Of a DNA stretch of 64,000 nucleotides, positions 33,001 to 45,000 are shown in pieces. The position numbers and the translations under genes were made by a program. The notes under the pieces were generated by a model that was not told where the DNA came from, made no database searches, and worked only from the letters and a program-made list of their open reading frames with translations. Each line of letters begins with the position of its first letter. The first letter of the stretch is position 1. Source of the stretch: a virus (taxonomy: Duplodnaviria; Caudoviricetes); IMG/VR virus record IMGVR_UViG_3300033121_002356, positions 60,722-124,721 of that record; one strand, given 5' to 3'.

Positions 33001-36000
33001 AAGTTCTTTATTTTCGTATTGACCTAAATTTCCAGACTTAGCAGCAGCTCCTACCTCTTCTAATGATTTAGTATCAGGAGATATGCCGGCCTTCGTAAAA
33101 TCTCTAATTATATTTTGTACAAGTAATTTACTTTTAACAGCATTCTGCCCTGCGGAAGAGAAGTCCGAGACAAGTGCCTTAGTTTCATTAAAAGTATCAA
33201 CTAAAGATGTAATACCACCGCCCCCTTGAACTTGTCGCTCAAACGGAGATAGATTAATTCTTCTAGTTCCTAAATCAATAGGGGGCCTATTACGACCACC
33301 CGTCAAGTAATTTCGCTCATCAAATTCTTTAAACTGTAATAACTCTCTTCTTTCTCTTATTGAATCAGCTACATTATTTAATACATCCCCGAGACTTTGT
33401 ATTTCTTGAGAAAACGTTATTATAGCAGAATTATTAGCGAGAGTCTCTTGTAGGTCTGTAACTGCTTTTCTAGAAGCACCAGATATCTTAACTAAATTGT
33501 CTACCTCTTCAGAGTCAAATTGAGAATTTCTACCTCCTTCTTTTGTTAGACCAAGAGCCTCTTTTCTACTTTTAAGGGTTTCCTGCTGTTTCCTAACTAT
33601 ATCTAAGAAATTTTCTCTTTTACCCCCGGCATCTTCTCCTCTGATGTTTATTAGATTATTACCAAAAGTTCTATAAAGTCTTAATTGAGGTTCAAGCTCT
33701 TTTTCAAGTCTAGCTCCTGTATTAATATCTCCTGGAAATGAAATACCAAATCCTGCACCAGTTGAAATTCTTCTCGCCTCTTTAACCGCAGCCTCGAATA
33801 ATGTCTCTGTGTCTCTTGCCACATTAGAAAACATCATTACAAATTTAGATTGTGCATTATCAGCAACAGAAGACATGGCCTCATTAAATTGGTCCGTAGT
33901 AAAACTCTTTATCTCATTATCATTTCCTAGTGTTTGGAATCTATCCCCAATATATACAGCAAATTTAGCAGCTACTCTAAGTTTATCAGCTATCTCATCA
34001 CTAAATGTAATAACGTCTCTATTAGAGGGGGCTGCTCTGCCTTCAGAAATACCTTTAGGAGTTAGTCCCGCTTCCATATATTTCTCGGCTATGCCTCTTC
34101 CTGAAGTAGTTCCCCTTGTAGGTATACCAAATTGAGAAAATACCAAAGCAGCTAAATTCTCTTTGGCTCGTGTATCTACCGCGTTTATTTTATCGTATGC
34201 AGAACCAGTTAAAGCCCCTTCTTTTGCAAGCTCTCTTCTAGAGAACTCTGTCAAAGCATTTTTATTAGCATCTGAGGAAAGTTTTGTAAGAACATCAGAT
34301 GGAGCTAAATTCTTGGAAGCAGGAATTAAATTCTCATAAATTCTATTAAGAATAGTATCAACATCTGTTTGAGCTTCAGCTATTTTTGTCTGAAGTTCTC
34401 TCATTTCTGGGTCAACAGACTTATCTCCAGTTTTTCTCTTGTCCGTCAATACTTCCATTCTATTTGTATAATAATTTAAAGCATTTATAGGCTTAGTATC
34501 TATTTGTTTTTCTAGGTATCTCCCGCCCGCCCCGAAATGAGAAAGTAATTCTTTAAATCTTTGTCGCATAATATCCCAATTATTTGAAAGATTTCCTAGG
34601 TCATTTGCGAAGCCTTCCGCTATTTTAATTTTTGAAAAAGCAATAGCGGTATCCGAGAGAGACTTTACAAGGTCTAACTGGATGGATAATAAATTATTTG
34701 TTTTTAATATTGCATTTCCCTGCTTATCGTAACTATCTACTAAGTCTAGATTTATTCTTGCTACTTCATTTATAATTGATTGCTGCTCAATTAAAGCCTT
34801 CTTTCGTATAGCCAGTGGGGATTCAAAAGTACCTTCACTGATTTTACTCAAAGCCTCAGCAGTGCCTTCAGGTCCCGCCTTCTCAAGATTATAAGATTTT
34901 AAGAAAGCTTGACCAGTTTTAGCTAATCTAGCAGAGGCAGAAGCAGAACGAGATGAAGTATCCTCTTCCTTAAAGATAGAAAGATTTAATTTCTTTTCTG
35001 TACTTTCCCCTGTTAACCCAATCTTAAGTTTAGAATCTAATAAAGAGTCTATGTCATCTTTTAGATTTGAAAATGTCTTTTTAGCAGCATCACCAACGTC
35101 AGTAAATAGAAGGGCTAATGCAGCTACAGTGCCTCCTAGAAGCTTAGTATTAGAAGTTAACATAGGTATAACTTTTTCTAACCCAGTAGCAAGGCCTATT
35201 TTTAAATTAGAAAATAACTTTAAAGGACTAGCACCGCCTAGTAAATCTCCTGTCATCCCTTTAATTTCTTGTATCTTACCAAGAACAATTAACAAGGATG
35301 CAGCAGCCGCGGTGGCTATCTTAACAGAATTTGGTATCTCTGTAAAAATATGCACCATACCAGTCATAGTTGCTACAACAGCCTTGGCTACAGGAAGAAG
35401 AACATCACCAAATTTTATAGCAAGAGCGTCCGTTGATGCCTTTAATACTTCTACTTTCTTTGCATATGACTCCATAACCAATTGATTTTCTCTCATGGCG
35501 GAACCCTGAGAATTAGCGCTTATAGTAGTTGCACTTAAAGCAGTATCAAAGTTATGTAAAATTACCGCAAAGTCATTATAACGTCTAGTTCCTACTGTAG
35601 CTTCAACCACATTTAGCTTTTGTTCTGCTGAAAGAGAGTCAAAAACAGTAGATAAGTCTTTCAAAATATCTGTAGCAGTACGTAATCCTTTTGCGTCGAC
35701 TACTGGTATACCTATCTCAGCTAGTGCCTGTCTTGATTTCGGTCGATATAGAGACCTCAACATATAGTTTAACGAAGTACCAGTTTCTCGACCTGTTTTT
35801 CTAGTTACTTCTACTAATGCAGTAGTTAATCCCAAGAATTCATCAAAGCTAACACCAGCTACCTTAGCAGAAGCACCAGCTCTTAATAGAGAGTCTCCTA
35901 GGTCCGTCTCTGTAACTGCAAATCTATTAGCCACTTCATTCAATGAATCTAAGAATCTTAATGCATCTCCTCCTTCTTCGGGGAATTGTTTTAATGCTGA

Positions 36001-39000
36001 CGTAAGTATTTCTGTCGCTTTCTCCGGCTTCATACCTTCTGTTACGTTTCCTGCCAATACCGAAGTACGACCACGTTCTAACACTTCTGATTGCCCAAGG
36101 CCCTGCTTAGCAAATACAACGAAAGAATCTAATACAGTATTTACTGATGTACCAAACTCTTTAGCAAATCCAACAGCACTATCTCTTAGTTTTCCAAAAT
36201 CAGTAGTAGCCGGGTTCATAACCTTCTGAAGTTCTATCATATTAACTTCAGTTTGCTTTATAACTTGAGCCATACTTCCTATAGCTCTAATTAACCCATA
36301 GACAACTCCAGACGCTGTGCCCCATAAAGCTACCCGCTTAAAGGCATTTGAAAGGGTTTGGTTAGAGGAAGGAGCATTATTCTCAACTTTCTCACTTATA
36401 TCTCTAAATGATAACTCTGGGTCAGGCCCCCTTGGTCTAATAATAGTATTTCTTGTTTGTATTATTCTTCCAGATGAGTCAGTAATTTTCTGATTCTGTC
36501 CTATTGAAGTACCAGGCTCAAAAGCGTGTAAAGAATCAGCATAATGCTCTCTTATTCCAGGAAATTTTTTTCCAAGATAATCTGAAGCATATACTCGTAA
36601 TCGCAATCTCCCTAGATTTTCACGCTGAAGTTTTTCCTGAAAACCAGGAGCCAACATAGCCATATTTTCATGGGGTATTTCATCCGGTAAATTTAACAAC
36701 ATTTCTCTTATTTCAGTACGCCCTACACGCCCTTTGTATCCTTTACCAAATAAATATTCTCCTGGATTAAACTTAGGGTTTCTCTTCTGCATTGCAGCGA
36801 CTTCTTTCATAAACCCACTAGCTACAATATCAGCATGCTCTTCGGACATTACTAAAGAGCCCATTGAGGATTTTTCAACACCGGCATACAATTTCTTTAA
36901 TGTTGCTTCAATTAATGTCTGGTCTCTTCGTTCTTTCTCACTAGTTTTACCTGCCTTCATTCTAGTGTCAAATATGCCTCTTGTAGTTGCAATAGTATCT
37001 CTGAGATAATCAGAGAAAAATGGTCTATTAGAAGGGTCTAATAATGGAGTTAGTATTTCGTTTAATCTAACAGAAGGAGGAGCGTCCGACATAATAGTAC
37101 CTGCCCCTATCTGGGCAGCTCTTAATACAACAGCATTATTAGGCTCTCTTGAGGCCTCATCTCGCTTAGCACGGTTAAAGGCATCTGTAAATCCAGGAAT
37201 ATCAGCAATTCCTTCTTCGAGGCCAATATACCCTCCTTCTAGGCCGCGACCTCGACCGCGTGGAGCATATGGGAAAGACTGACGTGTAGCAAACTTACGC
37301 CCCATATGTTCACCTATGGACCTAGTTAATCTTTCGTAATCACGTTCGACACTTTCAACTTGGCTTGTCCATGTAGTATCCCTTTCCTTAATGGGCTTAG
37401 CTTGTAACTCTTGAGCAACTTTTTGTGTCTTCTCTAAGTTAGCAGTATCGCTTTGATAGGCTAAATCATAATATTCAGCCCAAAATGATGTCGGATTAAT
37501 TTTACTTAATGCACTTCCTTCTTTTCCTCCAGCAATTCTATCGCCTATATCCATGGCTTTTTTCAAAGATTTGTGCAGCTCTTCCCTACCAACTACTCCT
37601 GTTTGGGCTTTTTTAGCCGTTTCATGTAACTCGCCTAATGCAGCTAGAAGCTCCTTTTTAGTATCCTCAGAAGGAGTTAAACCGGCACGAGCACCAGAAA
37701 GGAGCTTAAACAAAGCGCTATTCTCATCAAACCCTTTCGTCTCAGAGAAATCAAAATACGTTGGAACTGGGCCGAATTTTTCTCCAAAAGTTGTACGAAA
37801 TAAACCATGTTTCTGTCTAAGCGTTTTTATTACAGGGCTATTTACTATTTTTTCTAAGGAGTCTTCATGAGAAATCTTTTTTCTATCTTGTACTTCAACA
37901 GGTACAGTACCATGTCTAGCTGCTGCCTCTTCTGGAGTGGCATTTTGCTCAAATATGCCACCAATAAAATCAAACAAACCAGGGTCGAAGTCAGAATCAC
38001 CACCACCACTGCCCCCGGTAAGCCTCAAAACATCTGCACTTGGACTTGAGAAGGGGGTCTCAATTCTAGCCCGCTCTCTTTCATCCTTTAATGTAGCTAA
38101 TCTAGACTCAAGAGTAGCATAACTATTAGCTGCTCTCCTGTCTCTACTGAATCGCTCTCTACGGGTTAGTATAGAGGGTCTTCTAAAATATTTATCTCTT
38201 TTAGCTATGTCTTTATCTATTTCTGAAGGCAATCTAGTAGCGCTAGCACTTACACCGGAACCTCTACCCACACTTATAGAAACAATACCGTCTTCCTCTG
38301 TCCGGCTAAAAGTATGTCCGTACCGCTCTGCTTGTTTTTCAATCATTTCAAGCCATCTTAGATGTTTCTTTGTACCTACTGTCTGAAACTCTAGCCCTTC
38401 TCTTTGAGACTGAGGAGTTCCTAGGCCTTCAATAAGACCCATTACTCTGCGTAGTTTACCCTGATTACTAGTATATGCTCTATTCTTATCATTTTTGTCT
38501 AATTCCTTTCCGCGCGCTCCCGCACCACTAAGTTCTCCCAATCTCATAGTAAACGTACCGCTTCCTGAGAGTGCCTTTTCAATTGATGGAAGTCTTCTAG
38601 CCGTATATCCAGCGCTACTAGCCGAAGGAGCAGAAACGAGAAGTGACTCTAATTCAGCATCAGACATGCTTGCTAGAGCTTCTTTAGAAATACCCAGTCT
38701 CGTACTAATTGGGTATTCAGATGAGCCCCTCTTACCAGAGGAAAATTTAGCGTAATCAGAATCAGGCGCCGATGGGCTTGCGGCTCTCTGAGCCATTTTT
38801 TGCAAGCTTGCAAGTATTCTAGGGTCATTAAAGTTTCTTAAAGGACCTAGATTAGGGGCAGAAACACCTATAGAGGTACGTACCATAACCCCTACAAGTA
38901 ATTCTTCTAATGCAGTCATTAAAACGTTTTTATAAACACTGGCTACTTTTTCTTCCGCTACATTTGTGTCTAATGGAACAACTTTACCCTCAGAAGCAAA

Positions 39001-42000
39001 TTGACTAACCCCTTCTAAAAGAGCTTTATTCATTTTAGTTCGACCAACATCCCCTTCCTCAAACCCTAATTCACTTTGTACCCGAGGAGAAATAGCGTTT
39101 GTGCTAATAACTTTTCTTGCTTGGTCTGTTAGTAATCCGAGCATGCCTTTGTCCTTATCTTCAAGAACTCTATCTAACATACTAGAACCTAGCTGCCCTT
39201 CCCCGTACCCACCCCCAAAGGACTTACTTAAAGCTAAATGCCCTCCTTCATGAGCAAGAGTAGAAACTAGTTTCATTTTCTCCTCATCGTCCATATCGTC
39301 AATCTTACCCAACAACTTTGACGGGTCAAACTTACCATAAGTAACGAGTTTATTTCCTCTTAAAGCTTCTGCAATAGTCGGAAATGCCTTTTCATTAAGC
39401 TTTGGAACTCCGCCAGCGAATTGCCCATATATATCAGTATTTTCTTCAGAAAAAAGATACCTATTTGGGTCTTCAACAGCTTTAGCCCCATATGCACGAA
39501 GAATCTTATGCATATTCATATATTGCTGTATTTTTAGGTCGTTATCGCTCCCGGAAATACCGGAATGAGCCAAAAATTCCATACCACCTTGTGTTAAATC
39601 AGGAGTAAAAACTCCAAGACGTCTGTAACTTCCTACTTCTCTTCCATATCCCCCCTCTTGCCTCCCACGAGCAGTACTAAGTCCTACGTTACTAATATCT
39701 CCTTCAGAAAGTCTCTGTAATGCTCTTTCAATAAATTGTTGCCATTTAATAATATTTGCTTCCAATTCAGCCTTATAGGCTTCAAATTTATCATCTGTTA
39801 CAACTACAGACTGAGCCGGTAAATCAAGAGGAGCTATGCCCAAAGCAAGTTCTCGATTTCCTTTTACATAGTCCTTTATTCCAGCAATTAATCGGTCAGG
39901 TTTAAATAGGTCTTTATCTTCCTGGTTTGCTGGCCGGTCTTGCCCCTCATCTCTGGGGCGCATAGATTCTACCTGACTTCTAACAGCAGTATCTATTTCC
40001 TCATCGGATTTTCCTTTCAACCTTTTCTTTAATTCATAAAGAGCTAGACCATATGGCATAAGCTGGTTTCTAAATTTGTTGTTCTTACCACTTAATAAAG
40101 CAGCTGGGTCAGCCTCTCCTTTAAGTTCTTTACTAGTTTTTACATCATATAGCCCTAGTAAATTCATTCCTGTTGCTGGGCTTACCTCAGTAGTCATGAT
40201 GTCTGCTTTACCACCTATACTATATGGAACTGACCCCGCCGCCACGCCCCCAGTCTTAAGAGATAGTTCGCTTCCAATGGCTTCCTCTGCTAACTTTCGT
40301 CTATCCTCAGTCTCTATGCTTTTATCATACATAGTTTCAGCCATGTGGTGTAATTCCACAGTACCTTTCTGTGGATGCTCGCTTTCTATAGATTCTCTAA
40401 GAACTGCAAGGCCTCTGGCTCTGGCTTTCTCAAGATTTTCTCTATCACCCTTAAACTCAGCAGCAAATGCAACATATGCTCGACCGACAGCAGTTCCTAG
40501 TATAGCTGGGTCAGACTTTTCTGGTTCAAACCCAAGACTTTCACGAACCTTAGCAGGTATCCCCTTTTTATCTACACCAAGAATCCCTTTTGACGACCTA
40601 AAAGTACTTAAACTAAGATTATCTCCTGCGGCTGCGGCTGTAGCAACCATAGAAGGTGACAAATACATTTTACCTCTATTACTTCCCTTTTCTACCAAAG
40701 ACTTAAAAAAATCTTCAACTTCTTTCTCTTCTGGTACTATGCCTAAAGTATTAAGAGCGTCTATAGAGGCTCTATCAAAATTACTAAACTTTCTAGAGCC
40801 AGCCCCGGATACTTCCGCCTTCTCATAATCATACCCACCACGAGCGCGCTGTCTATTAGTAGCTTCGACCAAACGCACAAGAGTATGCTGAGATTCAGTA
40901 AGTATCTGTAGCATTTTTGACTGCAATTCGACTAGCGCCTTAAACTGTGCATCACTCATTAATCCGCTGCTAGACCCGCCGCCAGTAACAGCTACACTAG
41001 AAGCACCCGGAATAGAAGGACCACCAGTAGAAGCCGCCTTTATTGCCTCTGCTTTCTTTATCTCTTCTGTATCTGTGTCGGTAACTCCTCCTGCCTGAGA
41101 CATAAGACGCATAAGCTGAAGACTATTAGCTCCCCCTTTCCCAAGAGCATCTAACTCTTTAATTTTTTCTAGTCTTACCGCATTATATACAGTTCCAATT
41201 CTTAATTTAGACCTGCTAATAGCTCTTTCATTATTTTTTCTTTCTTCTTCCACCCATTCTTGTGGTTCATGCCCCTCAGGTACATCATCTAATGTACCTA
41301 TTAAACTTCTTTTCTTTAAAAGTAACTGTAAATGCTTTTTCTCTCTAATTAATCGTCTATTTCTATCTTTTTTAAATTCAGTTTGTAGTTCTTTATAAGA
41401 AGTGGTTACATCCGTATCGCCACTAAAATTTTCCAAACCTTCATTAGGAAGAGAATCTAGCCCCAAAAACTCATTATCGGACATATCGAATTTAGAAAGT
41501 AATGCGTCTTTATGTTCCTGAAGAGCACTACTAGCCTTAACGCTTCGAATAAACTTTTCTCTAGCAAAAAAGGTTGGCTGACTTAATGTTCCAAGATTAG
41601 ATTTTGACGGCAATTGCACCCTCTGGAACATTAAAGCAATTTCTTTATCTAATTCCTTAACGGATTCGGGAGGCTCAATTTCTACTTCCTCCCCCTCTTT
41701 TGACCCCGACAATAATCCATAGGCTTCTGCATGTTTATCCTGTCTACTAAGTACCCTTTTACGTAAAGAAGATACTTTATCATCATACTCACTTAAATAC
41801 TTTTCTGCTTCTTTATGACTTAATTGAACCGCACCTGTATCAGCAGTAACAAAATCTGGATTGATAGCTCTAACTATACTCTTTAAGAAGCTTGCAGTAA
41901 CACCGCCACTAAGTGCTGCTTTTCCTGCGCTCTCTTCATCCCCGCCAATGTACCCCAGCATTTCTCTTAATCGGTCAATGCCCTTATTAGCAAACTGTCT

Positions 42001-45000
42001 AACGGGCGCAACAGTCTCAAATACCCTCGGTCCTTTTATTCTTACGGCGGCGGCAACTATTTCACGTATACTAGCAGTACTAAGGTCATGAATACCCCCT
42101 ACGTCTAGCTTAGAAAATTTAGAAGCCATACCAGGTAAATCTGGCTTAAAGTCCTTTAAGAACCCAAAAACTTTAGCTATTTGTTCTAGTATCTCTCCTC
42201 TGGCTTCTCTCTCTGTTTTACCTCCTCTTCTTAACTGCCACTCTCTACTTTGCATCTTATCAGAAACAGAAGAAATTGTATTTCTTTCTAAAGTACTTCT
42301 CATAAGTTTAACAATCTCTCTAGGAGAATATTCTGAAGACATGGTATCAATAATACCGGCACCAGTTATACCGCTCTTTCCCGCAAATATTCCTTCATTC
42401 TTTTTAGCGTCTTCTATTCCTTGTTCAATTTGTTTTGCAGAGTATTCTTTAAAACCTCCGCCCGCATCCCTAAGATTTACTGTGGAACCAGGAGCCATCT
42501 CCTCTCGTATTCTTGCAAAAGCCAACAGTCTTTGTTGTAACTTTTCTGGAGTTAGTTTACTTAACTCTGATATTCTAGCAGCTTTATTTGCTCTAGCCGG
42601 TTCATTTAACGATTCGAACCCTCCGCCCTCTTTAATAGAACTCATAAAATCATTAAACGACATCTCTCCACCAGAATCTTCACTGTGCGCTGGTGCATTT
42701 AATGCATTAAGAAGTTTCAATGCAACTGGTATATTACCAAACTTTGTCGAAAGGGCCTCTTGAATAACACCGGCAGAAGAATGCTGAAATGCACCTTCCC
42801 TTGTTTTAAACTCATCCGATAGCGCTTCTTGCTCTTTACTATCAATACCTATTGAATGTCTTTTACTTATGTTAGCTAAAGCTCTCTTGTTTTCAGCTTC
42901 AAGTAAACGCACTACTGTATTAGTACTTTCAGTAACAGCACCGGTTAGTAACTTAGGACCAGCTAGTTTTAGTATTGTACTTTTAGCCTCTAATTGGTCA
43001 ACAGCCTCAGAAGCCATCGCATCAAGATTCTTTTGTGTTTCTTCACCTTCTAATGAGCCAAGAACTATTGGGCGCGACGGAAGAGATACCCCTACTTTTT
43101 CTAAAGAGCTTCTTAAAGCTTTTTCCCCTATAGCCATTCTCCCTTCTTGACCATATTCCGTAGGAGCCTCGCCGTCACCACCACGTATTTTAATAAACTG
43201 TTTAAAAGCATCAGATACTGCTAGTTTTGCTTCTGGTCCTCTAAGATTGCCCATAAGTCCATAAGATGGTGCTTGTATTTCATCTTCTTTCCCTGTTCTA
43301 CCAGAAAAGAATCCAGGAAGCTGCTCATTCATAAATAAGCTATCTATAGTATCTAAAATATCTATACCTCCAGCGTTTGCACTAGAAGTATTACTTGTAC
43401 GTATCTTTGGGCCTTTTCCTGACATCTGTTGGTCCTGTAACTCCGACATAAAATCAGTTACAAGAACTGGTTTGCCATTAACCATCTCGTACCCTTTAGC
43501 TAATTTTGTTACAGACCGAACAAGTTCTTTTTGGGCATCCGTACCGGCCATAAGAGAAATAAAGAATTTATCCCCGTCGAAGTCAGCTGCCATACTCATA
43601 GAATGGAAAGTATTTGTCAATGCTTGTATAGCTTTACTTAAAGCCGTATATCTAAGATTAAGGTCTTTTAATTTATCTTTATCTACATCAGTCAAACTTC
43701 CAATTGGCATTGACAATAATTTACTACGTTGTTCAGATATTTCATCTCTAGCGGTTACCAATTTTCCGCCAACTGCGCGGCCGCCTTTAAATTGTATTAA
43801 TGCAGGGTCTAAGGCTGCTTCTTGAGAAGCCTTAGAAAGACCTCCAGCTATTCTAAGAGAAAACTTATTATCGTCTTCATTATGAGTTTTTAATATTCTA
43901 CCTTGAAAAGATTTAAAGTCAGTAATGGGGAATCTTGTTACAAAGGAGCCTATGCCTTCCGTTTTAGCCTGAGCCAAGAGTTTATCTCTTGTATCTTCAT
44001 CTGTATAGCCGGATGAGACCATATTATTAAGCAACTCTTTTAAACGGTCCTCGTGCATTTCTACTGTTTCTAATGAAGTAGTCTTTACTTTTTTAGACTC
44101 CTCCATAAGCTTCTCTAAATGTGGGCCAAAAGACGCAAAATCTGACATATCACTACCAGCTAGCTTTTCACTTAAGTCCCTCACACTCTTCAGCTGGTCA
44201 GATATATCAACTTGTCTATTAGTAATAGGAAGCATCATAGTTGGATATCTTAACTCAGAAGTTCCTGTATGAAATATAGACCCTTTACCGAACACTTGTT
44301 GTTGAGAAGCATCCATAAGGCCTTTTATACCATATTGTACTTGAGAGGCTACTTCTGGATTTGTCTCTTCCCCCGGTCTAAACCCAAGTCCTTTAAATCC
44401 AAGTCTATTAGATGAGTCAGAAAATATAGTGGCCAATTGCTCATATTGAGCGCTCGCCTGGGCACGGGTATCGTCATTACTATAAAGTCTAGAAATTTCT
44501 GAAAATACCGATGGATGCCCTACTGAGCCTCCTTCATGCGGGTCACGATAACGGTAGCCACGTATAAAATAGTTTTCTAATTCACTTACTTTATGAATTA
44601 ACATATTTTTACGAACGGCAGGGGTGGGTGCCTCTGAAATATTAGTACCAATTATGTCTTTAAGAGCGGTTTTATTTCTTTCTCCTATAGAAGCCTTAGC
44701 TACTCTATCTATTTCATCCGATATTTCCTGAGCTTTCTTAGGGTCTTCTTTAGCCTCCTCTATAAGGTCCTTAAGTTTGCTTCCATAGGAAGAGACACCA
44801 GCCTGTAAAGCTGTCTTTGGAAATAATTCCCCTGTATTATATTCTTGGAGAGAACTAACAACACTAGTAATTGCTCTTCCTAATTGGTCTTGCCCGACAC
44901 TTCCAGTATTGGTCTGGAAAGTACCTCTGGCTGCTGCTGAAGGTATAACTACATACTCAGGTAATTGTGATTCGCTCCCTCTTCTTAGCGCCGCTGGTAT

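Noticed and set aside
40020-40670. Cas4 implying a CRISPR-Cas system
   Set aside because: No Fe-S cysteines, no cas genes and no array in the window.
43570-43584. DFDGD as an EF-hand/FG-GAP calcium loop, or a chance match
   Set aside because: It is flanked by at least six other RNAP motifs in the correct order and spacing, so the RNAP reading is far better supported.
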